DNA of 64,000 bases, taken from positions 10,482,189-10,546,188 of the forward strand of contig NC_058134.1 of the NCBI RefSeq assembly GCF_016433145.1. Direction: 5' to 3'. This stretch comes from Gracilinanus agilis. Its lineage: Eukaryota. The position numbers and the translations under genes are program-made. Below are positions 23,591 through 34,489 of the stretch, piece after piece; within the stretch, counting starts at the first letter, position 1, and the number at the start of each line of letters is the position of its first letter. The notes under the pieces are model-generated. The model did not search any database and was not told the DNA's origin. It worked only from the letters and a program-made list of their open reading frames with translations.

Positions 23591-24829
23591 ACTTTCCAAT
23601 TTATGTATGTATGTATGTGTTTACAGAAACCCATATGGATCAGATATTTTGGTATGTGTCTATGATTGATATTGATTGATATGAATTCATATATTTATAT
23701 ATATATATGTATATATACCAATGTCATAAATCATCATAGTCTACCATATGCTTAGTCTAAGAATAGTGTGCGATTTTATGTTTCTTCATAGAAATGCTTT
23801 CACGGCACATCTTAGTCATGACCTGCTGGATCATTGTGCTCACTTGCCAATACTTTGACATTCCTATAGGTCCTCAAGGGTGTTACCTTCTTCTCCAACC
23901 TACTGGTATTCATCATGTCTGGTTTGTGCCTTAGCACTAAGGACATTTTCTCAGCAGAACCTACATTTCTTGAGATAAAAAACTTGCAAAAAATAATGAG
24001 ACTAGACAGTTCTGGAGATAAAGCCCCAGCTAACAATGCTAAATCCAAAAACTGGAGAAATTCTTGGGTCTGGGCCAACTACCCTTCAATAACCACGTCT
24101 TGACACTCACAAGTTTCTTTAATTCATTGACCACAATAAAATTCCTTCACCTTTAAAAACAATTAAATGCAACCAGAGAATCAACAAGTACCACAAATAA
24201 GAACTATAATATGTGGTTTAGGAGCCCCAAGGTGATTCTTTGCTATTAGTTTGTGCTGTAATTTCCATACGTGTTATCTCATTTCTTCTTTTATCTCATG
24301 GGAACATTGGGGATGGAGGGGATCATCACATATGCATTTTGGAGGAGTAACAAATATTGATTGAAGATCATTCCCCATAACAGCACTTGGAGCTAAAACT
24401 CAGTTGAATTCCTGATCATCCTGGGATGATAGCCAACCAGCCAGGCCCAACTTGAACATACATTACTGAGTTCCCAAGACCAATTCAGAAAGGACTCATG
24501 AACAATTTCATTTTTAAATCCTGCCTACCTGTAATATCGGGAAAGCTACATGGCTCAGTCACCACTGAGTACTAAGATGTTAGTGTCAACTATAAAATTA
24601 TTCATGGTGATGAATGATGATATTATAGTGAGAAGAGTCAGTGGCAAAGTACTTGAAGTATGCCTGAAGTCACATCTCACCTAGGCAGACACTGAGGAAT
24701 TATCAGGGTTGAGAGATTAGCAGAAACCCATATAGATCAGATATTTTGGTAAACTACTCTTTTTCAAAAAGGAAACATTTCTTAATAGTTTTTGTGGATG
24801 TTTATAACTAGTAAGGGAGAGGTGTCTGG

Positions 24830-25900
24830 AAAAAAATTAGTATACTAGCCCAGGTTACATGGAAAACTAGCAGATGATTTTTAAGTCATTCTCAACAACT
24901 TCAATGAACCACCGAGAATGAGGGAGAGGGAACATGGAACTGCAGAATGGAAAATGGTTTGATTTTCAAGAATAGGAAGACAGAAGCATCTATAAATTAT
25001 GAGTTAACAAATTTGATTTTAATTCCAGTCAAACTTCTAAAATATTTTACTGAATGGTTGGTTTGCAGATAGCCGGGAAAAGAAGTCTTGATCATTGACC
25101 CATCAGGAAGCTAACATGTTTTCGTCTAGAACAAACATGCCAATTATTTCCCTTCTTGGACAGAATTGTTCCTCTGGTAGAGCAGGGGGCTATTGGAATC
25201 GTGGTTTGCCAAAGTTTCCATAAATTCTTTCATGAAGTCCAACACATTACATTATTTTTGAATTTTAGATGGAGAGATTTGGCTTAGACAATGTTACAGT
25301 TAATTGGATTTGGAACATGTTGTATGACCAGACTCAAAGAGCATCATCAAGGGGTTCTTCAGTTGAGGCATGTTCTGAGGATGATTTATAGTCTAATATT
25401 TTTTATTGTCTAATATATTATTGTCTTGTATTATGTATTAGCATTCTCTTAAATGTATTATGTATTAGTATTCTCTTAAATGAAAGCATTGACTATGTGG
25501 TTATCAAATGTCCAGATGATGCAGATTTGGGATGGAACATGAATTAGGAGTGGTATCGTGGATACAACTCTGGACGTGGGATCATAAAGACCTGAGTTCA
25601 AATCTTACATTAGACACTTACTAGCTATGTGATTTAACTTAACCTTGTTTTCCTTCAGTTTCCTCAACTATAGAATTGCCCTAATAATACTATCCAGGGT
25701 TTTTGTGAGGATCAAATGACGTAGCATTTATAAAACCCTTAGGAAGATTTCTTGCACATAGCACATGCTATATAAATGCAAATGATGCTGTTGATAATGA
25801 TGAGGGTAATAGGGATGATGATGATAATGGTCCAGATCCAAAAAAAATCTGGATAGGTAGAATTTTTGACTGAATCTGAGTAGCTGCAAAGATGGAAATA
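24830..25900 (+). mobile_element. Ancient CR1/L3 ORF2 (RT) remnant, interrupted by a CORE-SINE
   Basis: Decayed but collinear CR1 RT motifs (ELAD.., FK.G..E...NY, HG....RT.., FLDR..PLVEQG, KMERFGLD..TV.WI.N). Confidence 0.65.
25545..25790 (+). mobile_element. CORE-SINE (MIR/MAR1-like)
   Basis: gacctgagttcaaatc...gacacttactagctatgtg...cagtttcctcaact...gtgaggatcaaatga...catgctatataaatgc. Confidence 0.8.
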
Positions 25901-26439
25901 AAAGCAGTCTTGCAATGACTTTTAAAAATCAACTTTATATGTACAATAGCATTGAAGCATGGCTTCACTTTGTATCAGTTCATATAAATTTTCCCATTCT
26001 TCTCTGAGCTCATCATTGTCATCATTCCATACAGCACAGGAACATTCCATTGCATTCCTTTACTACAGCTTATCAAGCTTCTTTCCAGTTCTTTGCTACT
26101 AAAGATGTGGAAAAGAAAGCCAGTCAAATATGGAAAAAAGAATCATAGAAAAACACTTCCTATGATGCCTTCTTTATGATGCCTATGTTATATTTAAGAT
26201 TACCCTGTATATTGTTTTGATGGCCTCTGAACAACAGGAAAAATTCCTTTGGAATTTCTTCCCATTCCCTACAAACTCTGGGATTATCTGAATAGAAAAA
26301 AAGTTTTTTTTTTTAATTTTTTAGTTTTTGAATTAGCCATTTATCTGAAAAAAATAACTAGGGCATTAATAAATTGCAAGCTCAATAGAAGACAAGAGTG
26401 TAGACATAGTGTTGACAAAAGTGACTTTGAGAGGCAGAA

Positions 26440-27060
26440 TTCTTTGACCCAGTTATTTCACTGATAAATACATACCCCAAGGAGGTCAAAGACAAAAAAG
26501 AAAAAAACCCATATGTGCCTAATATTTGTAACAGAACTTTTTGTAGTAGAAAAGAGCTGGAAACAAGCCATCAATAGGGGAATGACTTGATAGGTAAAAG
26601 TAATATAATGTAATATTTCTGTGCTATAAGAAATGATTAATACAGAAATTAATGGGAAGGTACACATGAACTGATGCAAAGTGAAATAAGCAGAACCAGG
26701 GAAAATGCTTTATAACCATAACAATGTATTTGGAGAAACAACAACAGAACAATTGAAATTGAATGCTGTTCTAGTTTGGGGGGGGGGGAAGAGAAGGAAG
26801 GAGGAGGAAGGTTGGGATCTTATAATTTTGGAAAATGTATGTTGGAAATTACTATTCTATGTAATTGGGAAAAGAAAATCTCTTGGAATTAAAAAAAAAA
26901 AAACACCTAAATGCTGGAAAGTTATAACAAACAGACTTGAACCTATGGGGGAAATGTGAGGAGGAACCTATTGGCAGAATATGGGTTAAGAAGACTGCAT
27001 ATAGCATCAGACTTTTTTGATAAATTGATTATGTTTGCTGAACTGATTTAAACCACTTTT
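26440..27060 (+). mobile_element. Old L1 3' end
   Basis: ctttttgtagtagaaaagagctggaaacaa, gaactgatgcaaagtgaaataagcagaaccagg and other L1 C-terminal/3'UTR motifs. Confidence 0.65.
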
Positions 27061-27119
27061 TATTCTTCATTATAAAATGGATAATTGGAAGGGGAGTTAT
27101 TAATAATGATAATAAGTAG

Positions 27120-27355
27120 CAGAGATGTAGAACTTTCAATGCTTTCAATTGTAGAGCAATAAATGCTTGACAAATATTATCCCATTTTATCCTAACAACA
27201 ACCTCAGGAGTAGGTGCAACTATTATCACATTTTACATGTGAGGAAACTAAGGCAAACAGGTAAAATGACTTGCCCAGCATCACTCTGCTAGTGTCTATA
27301 GCCAGATTTAAACTAAGGAAAGGCTTCCTGACTCCAGGTTCAGTGTTCTATCCTT
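27120..27355 (-). mobile_element. CORE-SINE (MIR/MAR1-like)
   Basis: cattttacatgtgaggaaactaaggc...gacttgcccagc...cctgactccagg. Confidence 0.75.
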
Positions 27356-30214
27356 TCTACCAGCTTTATTACTTTCTTATGAAGAAGTTGGACTTCATGA
27401 CTCTTTTGATCCCTTCAGGAGCCATGATTCTCAGCTTTATGATGTCCATGGCATGTGCGAGGTCACACTTCATATTATTTGATGTGCTTTTACCAATAGG
27501 AACAGTCTTTTGGAATTTCTTTCCATTTCTTACATACTCTGGGAAAGTCTGAACAGAATCAAGCTCTTATTTGCTGAATTCATTTGAATCTTTCTACATC
27601 AGTTCAGAAGTGAAGAGAGTTTTCCATAAACCTCTAGATAGTACGGTCCATGAAATGCAGGATTTATCAAGTATTATGCTGGGTAATGAGATTGAGAAGA
27701 CAATGATCAAAGTTATTCTTGCTCTCAAGGAGTTTGCCTACTAGTGACAAAGATTAGCTAAAGATGCAATAACAAAGTGAATTGGTCTAATAAAAATGTT
27801 TAACTTTAACTACATTAATATCTAGAAAAATTCATGATTTTTATTTTTTTCACATGAAACAAATCATTCACTCAAAGAACTTAAAAGGACAAATGTCTCC
27901 ATGGGGAAATAAGAACATATATCAGTTTGGAAAGGATATTAGGGATCATATAAGCATAGATCTAGAGCTGGAAAAGGATCTTATAAGTCAGCTAGTCCAA
28001 CTCCCTAATTTTTACAAATTAAGAAACTGAAGACACAATTGATTTGCCGGAGGTCACATTACTGGTAATGGGTTTTGAGCCCAGGTCTTCTGAAACCAAA
28101 GCCAGCACCTTTCCTGCTGTACCACAACATCCCCCCCCAGTTTGACTCCATTATTTTACCTTTGAAGAAAAGGAGTTCCAGAGAGGAGCAATGACATACA
28201 TGGGACCACACGAGCAGTTTTTTTGATAGAACAGAGCCTGAAATCCAGGTCATATTCCAAATAGAGCTCTTTTTCTATTGCATTTTTTTAGAGGTTTTTT
28301 TTTGTACCTCCTCTTTTAAAAATCCAGGTTAATATTTAATTAATAAAATACAATCAGATTTCAAGCTGAAACAAAACTTTTCATGCATCTGAGTCACAAT
28401 ACTACTATTAGGATAATGCAAAGATAGCATCAGTTTTGTGGCTTGTCCTTTCCCAAGATTTTCAGAAAAAAGCATAAAACCAAGCAAACAACCAAACCTC
28501 AAGCACATTATTTCCTGTGATGCTTAGGGGTCCTTTCCATTAAGGTCTCTAGTTTTGAAGTCTCCTCTCTTCTTCCCTCTCCGTTCTTGTGCCAGTGAGC
28601 ACACACATTTCAGGGGAATCTTGCATTGTATCTCAGAGGTCTTAAAGAAGTGAGTGTGTTCTGGGCTCAGGAATTGCTCACAGAACATTTTTAAAATACT
28701 CTCTTCATATTAAATAAAATCCCCAAACAAGTATTGCAAGGTCTGATACAAAGCCCACAGAAAGGTACCTTAGAATTCTATGCCATGGGCAATGTTGGAC
28801 ACATGCACTCAGATCTGGTCTCTGGGGTGAATAAAGGAAGACCAAAGAGGATGGTATATAAAAGAGGAAATGACCTGCCTAGTCATTAAGGATATGGGTT
28901 TGAGATTGACTCTGCCACTAACTATGATCATAGGAACAGAGGATGATGGACTTAAAGACATGAGGGACCATAGAATATTTTAAAGGGCATCCAGTCTAAC
29001 TCTCCCATTTAAGAGAAGACCAAACTGAGATCTAGGGAAGTAAAGGAGGTTACCCCAAGTGATGCAGAGAGTGAATGCCTGAGCTCCATTTTTCCTTCTC
29101 ATGTGGATCTAATGTTCTTTCCAACGAATGGTGCTGAGTCATTGTATGGCTTTGGAAGAACCTGATGAATGGTGACTAAAGGTTCTATGGATCATGCCTT
29201 ACTGGTGGGGTTGCTCGAAGGAACAACTGAAGTAATGTAACCAAAAGAGCTTTAAGAAATACCAGCTATCTGCTTCCATTTGCACTTTGGTAGGCAAAGC
29301 TATCCTTGATAATTAGAGACATTGGAGCCAACATCTTACATTAGGCCAGTCTGAGCATCGGTTTCCGCAGTTATAAATAGCCATAGGTATATCTCCCATC
29401 ACTATTGCTAAGGTCTGTCCGGAAGATCAAATGAAATTATTATGTGCACTGAATAGATGAGTTTTCTCTCCACGCTTTGGTGCATAGACTGGAAGCTCCT
29501 TGAGGACAGGGAATGTTTCATTTCAATATTTGTAGTTCTGATGCTTGGTATAGAGCCTAGCATTCATAGCCACTTAATAAATCTTATGGATTGATTCTAT
29601 TTATTCTGATTTATGATTCATGTTCTCCTGGAGATTCCTCTTGCTCTAGTGTAGACTATAACCATACCATGACATATATTTGAATCTTTAAAGCGAGCAC
29701 GCCATTTTCTTCGACTTCTCTGTTTCACCAGAGTGAGAACCCCCACCAGATGACTGAAGCAGCTGCACATCCATTGCCCAGATAGGTACTTAGTTCCTTT
29801 AACCTTCCACTCCTACCCCAAACTGGCCATTATTTCTTAGGTGCTTAAAGGGAAGCCTCAACCTCCTCACTCATTTTTTTTTCAACCACTTCCAGTATTC
29901 CAGTACAGAAGTTTACCAAAATGCTGTTGATTTTCCTTCACCTCTACAACCTGGATCCCTCCTTTTTCACTCCTAAATTCCCATACGCATGGAATTTTGT
30001 CCTCTAAAATGAAACAATAGTGGTGGAGGGAGAAGCTTTTGAAAACTCTGAATCATCCACAGATGCCCAAAGTACCCAAATATTTCCCTTTTATTATTTG
30101 ACTAATGGAAGAGGGTTAAAAAGAAAAAACCCCACAACTTTTTCTTCTTCTTTTCTTTTTTTTTTTTTTTTTTTCTGGTGGGAGGCGGAGGCAAGGAGAT
30201 AGGTCAGGACTTTT

Positions 30215-30830
30215 AAGGCAATCATCTAATGTTGGATTCATGCAGATTGCTTGAGCTTTCTCCCTGATGTGTGTGAATCCCCCATGCTCTCTGCCTGCTC
30301 TGGGCCAACTGATTTAATAGCTAATGAGCTCATACTTCTGGGTCTTCAACCCTTGCCGTCACAATTTTACGAACATGAAGTATGAAGTCCTTTCTGCATC
30401 TGGCATCTCTTTTGAAGTGAATCTAACTGCTGAGGGACTGCTCACTGAACTGAACACTTCAAGAAGGCCAATTTACTCAGCTGGTTGCAGAGCCTTTGAC
30501 CTCGGCGGTGGAACTTGGCAAATCAGTGAATACACTTAGGCTCAGTGTTCTGTCAAGAATTGTGGAAAATGCTCTCCAATCCATAGCTCCTTCTGCAGAA
30601 TGTGAGCTTGCAGCTTAAACATTCGTCTTTCTTTGGAGGCCAATGAGGCTGGTTAATTAAGCCAGAGGGGTTATGAACTGTTGGCAGTTAATAAGTCATA
30701 AACTCCCCCCATAAAACAGGATGCTAGATTCCATCACTGGGGCAAGGACTACAAAGGGCCGGTGTATAAATATCTAATTGTACAAAAGGACTGGGATTTC
30801 TCAATGACTGCTCATCTGGAGTCTCTAGGG
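30215..30830. promoter_or_regulatory. Enhancer-like block upstream of exon 20, rich in posterior-HOX/homeodomain motifs
   Basis: TTTTACGA 30365-30372, TTAATTAA 30653-30660, GTCATAAA 30695-30702, CCCATAAAA 30708-30716, CATCTG E-boxes. No repeats recognised. Confidence 0.5.
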
Positions 30831-31085
30831 CATGCTTGCTGTGGTTTCCTGATTTTTAGAAGCCAGTTTAAAAAATGAGTGCATTAAAGAGTAATTTGCC
30901 CCAAAGTCCAGGAAGTCGAGGGGGTGGCAGTGGAAGCAGAAAGAAAGAGAGAGATGCAGCCAGGGAAGGAAGAAAGAGAAAGAGAGGGAGCATGGGCTGG
31001 GGGCTCCGGGGGGAGGCAGGCATCGGACACCGTCTCCACACTGAGCAGGATAAGACTGCATTTGTCATCTGTTTGCTCCCTCTAG

Positions 31086-31205
31086 GATGTTCACCATGGG
31101 AACGGTACCCAGCAGGCCTTTTATGCTGACCCCAGCATCCTGTACATTTCCCTCCATCGCTATGATGAAGGCAACTTCTTCCCCGGCAGCGGAGCCCCAA
31201 ATGAG
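31086..31205 (+). CDS. HDAC9: HDAC9 coding exon (about human exon 20), 120 nt: [40 protein letters not shown]
   Basis: Acceptor tttgctccctctAG and donor GAG|GTTAGG. Zn-binding DVH motif. [17 protein letters not shown] and GAPNE are HDAC9-diagnostic versus HDAC4/5/7. Confidence 0.98.
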
Positions 31206-31520
31206 GTTAGGTTTATTTTCTTCAGAGTCCCGTTTTTATTTGTATCTTGCCCATAATTGCATGGCGTGATTACCCCTAATTTTCTAGTCCTTTGCCGGGG
31301 CTCTAAATTACATGAGATTACTGAGTTCTCCCAGGAGACCATGGCCCAACCAGGAACAAGTGTATAACCCAGAACACAACTTGTCAAGCGGGACCCTGCC
31401 GGTTTGATGTGCTGTTTAAAGTTTGTTTCAAAAGCTTGCCTGTCCTTCTTTGCTTCTCTCTGGTTTTCCTTCCTTGTGCTCTCTCTCTGTGACCTAGTAT
31501 GGAATTCTTCCTTTTCCTAG

Positions 31521-31618
31521 GTTGGAAGTGGCCTTGGAGAGGGATATAATGTGAATATTGCCTGGACAGGTGGGCTGGACCCCCCCATGGGAGATGTGGA
31601 GTACCTTGCAGCATTCAG
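31521..31618 (+). CDS. HDAC9: HDAC9 coding exon (about human exon 21), 98 nt: [32 protein letters not shown](R)
   Basis: Acceptor ttcttccttttcctAG and donor AG|GTGGGT. In frame with the previous exon. [23 protein letters not shown] is HDAC9-type. Confidence 0.98.
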
Positions 31619-34489
31619 GTGGGTACTCCATTTACCCAGAGAGAAACTGATTGAAGTGGAAAGTAAACTGAGGCAAGCTCTGTCCAGGCAGAAAAAGAAA
31701 CAAACAAGTCCAAGAAAGACCCAAGTTCTTGCTGAGACTGAGCAGACTTAAAATGACTCCTTTTAATATTTTAATAAAATATAAGAGTGGATAACTGGGG
31801 AATTTGGGGAAGATGATCCAAAGAACATAAAAGAGAAACACATGCAATTAACATTTCATTTTTAGGTTCTTCCACAACCCCAGAGCACTGTGGGACAGGG
31901 GAACTGACCAAGAGCCCAGATGATACCGCTGTGTATAGAATTACTCATGTCTCTTGGGCCTCCTTTCCTGCCTCCCTTTCATCCTTAAAAATAGTCAAGC
32001 CATTCTCTCCCATTCTTTTTTCTCCACTTCCAATATGTGTACTCTCAGCAAGAAGAATGGTTATACATTCCCTATGACTCTTTTAGGTGTGATGGGGGTG
32101 GGGTGTAAGATTGCACCCATGATCTATATATTGAAAACTGGCTTAGAAATTCCCTCCAATGCAGAGTGGCACCCTGGTCAGAGAGAGAAACCAAGACTTG
32201 GCCTCTCCCTGCTTTATTGTTCTGCCTTACATTAATTTTAATCACTGCAATAAATGGCACTTTGCAAAGCACTTGGCATATGTAACTTCTTGGTGGCACT
32301 GATGAGCAAAGCCAGCTGAGCCATCCATCACCCTAGAGTCTGAGGCACTGCCAGGCATGCCTGAGGAGCTCATTCCCCTCCAGGGGCACGCCTTTCTCTT
32401 TCAACCTGTGGTACGTTGCCTTTGAGGGCAAAAGAAAAAAAAATAGACACCCACCTTATATTCCTCACACATCTCTGTAGATGCACTGACTTAACAAACA
32501 TGCTCCTTGAGATTATTCTGGACAATTAAGGGGAAAAAAAACAAAAATAAATAATTACACTTTTTATAGTAAATGGGTGCCATTGAACCCTTTGGACCTC
32601 AGGTAAAACTCAGCATAACAACTCTCAGCATATTTGGAGTCAGAGATACCTGGGTTCAATTTCTGATCTACCTGTGTGACCCTGGAAAGCCTCATCATCT
32701 CTCAGCATACCAGGGAACTCTACGAATTTAAGTTATAATGCTGCCAAAAATCTCTCTCCTGGTGAAATTTCAGGCATGAAAACCTCTTAAAAAGAAACAG
32801 TCTTTATAATTTAACAGAGAAATAAGGAATTAACAATGTCCTTCTGGGTAATCAAGGACTTCTATATTAGACTAGATAAAATGAGGGAAGGGGAACCCCA
32901 AGAAAAGCACATAAACCACCTTTTTATAGGCCAGGTCCTTTTTCTGTTTTCTAAATGGCACCTATTTATCTCTCTCATTCATTTGCTCATACTTAACTTT
33001 AAATACTTGAGGCATGCTATGGTGGCATATTTGTTCTTTTAGGGGGAATCTTTCAAAGTGATGGCTTTGGCTTCCAGCTAATAAATAAGGTCCTCAATAG
33101 ATTTGATATTTCATGTTCATGATTATAATAGTATTTAAATTACACTGAAAGCAGTAAAATAAGGGACTCTCTCTCTTGTGGTATCTCCCACAACCCCCTG
33201 TTCCATTTCTGACTACTTTATGCCAGGGAGAACTGGGTGTCCTTTATTCTTGAGTTTTAAAGGGGATCCACTGCAAGAATTCCTGCCAAGTGGAAGCCTT
33301 CTCCTGTCAAGGGGATAAGTGGATTGAGGCCACAGTTCAAAGAAGTAACAGATGCCAGTGGCAACTCTCACTTCAACCCCACCCACTTTCTGGATTTGCT
33401 CTTTGAGCCCAGGTCTCTATAATATACAGTGTTAAATCTGCCCTATAGAATAAATAGGTCACAAGGTATATAAAAGAACTACTATTTGCTGGAAGACTCA
33501 TGGGTGGTCCAAGAACATATTTTTTTATTAATTCACATCACACCTAAATGCAGAAATAAGCTAGAAAGCCATATGGGTTTCCATTTTATTTTTGCTCTTT
33601 GCCCATATTTCAAAATGTTCAGTTGAATCATTAATTACTGAAAGGGACTACAAGATTTCAGGGCTTAAATCCGACCTCCTGTGAGTACTTCATTTTTCTA
33701 CTTCCAAAATCAATCTGGCATCTTGAGGGTTTTCTTTTTTTTCCTTATATGACTTTAAAAGTTCCCACCATCTTGTTAAATATTTTTTTAAAAGTCTCAT
33801 GAAATAGCCACACAACTTCACAATCATACTGAGATTCTTGGTCTTACAATAGGGAACTGTCACAGTCTGTTGTCCTACTCAACAGACCTCATCTGCATTT
33901 CATTTTATGACTCAGCTTCCAGGGACCATAGCTACTCCTTCTCATAAGGCTGGAATATAGAAGAGCTGGGAGTTTCCATGATGTTTTCAAATGTGATCCT
34001 TTCACAAAAATAAATAATGGATTAACTCTTTTTAGTTAATCAAAATACATTTATTAAACATGTATTATAGAACAGAAACTGTACCAAGCACTGAGATCAG
34101 GAACTTTTACTAAAGAAATCATTCCTTCCCTCAGTGGGCTTTTATTACACATTAGCAGAAACATCATAGATATAAATAAACATATGAAAATAAATACATT
34201 ATCATATTTTGGGGAGGAGAATACTAACTCTACGGATTATTAGGAAAGGGCTTTGTATAGAAAATGAGCTGAACCTTGAAGGAAATGAGGGATTCTAAGA
34301 GGCAGAAGTGTTAGGCCAGTACATTTCATGCAAAAGAATAGCTGAACAAATTGTGGCATACAAAAGTAATTGAATATTATTTTTAAATGATGAATGTGAA
34401 GAATTCAGAGAAACATAGGAAAACTTTGACTAACTGGTGGTGAGAGAAGTCAAGAGAAAAATTTACACAATGACTATGGATACTGAAGA

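Noticed and set aside
23812-24078. 88-aa minus-strand ORF with a faint resemblance to a CR1 ORF1 esterase motif
   Set aside because: Similarity too weak, and it is on the opposite strand to the adjacent CR1 remnant.
29371-29380. MEF2 consensus TTATAAATAG (HDAC9 is a MEF2 target and co-repressor)
   Set aside because: It lies in a decayed MIR-like core, is AT-rich and common by chance, and is far from the HDAC9 promoters.
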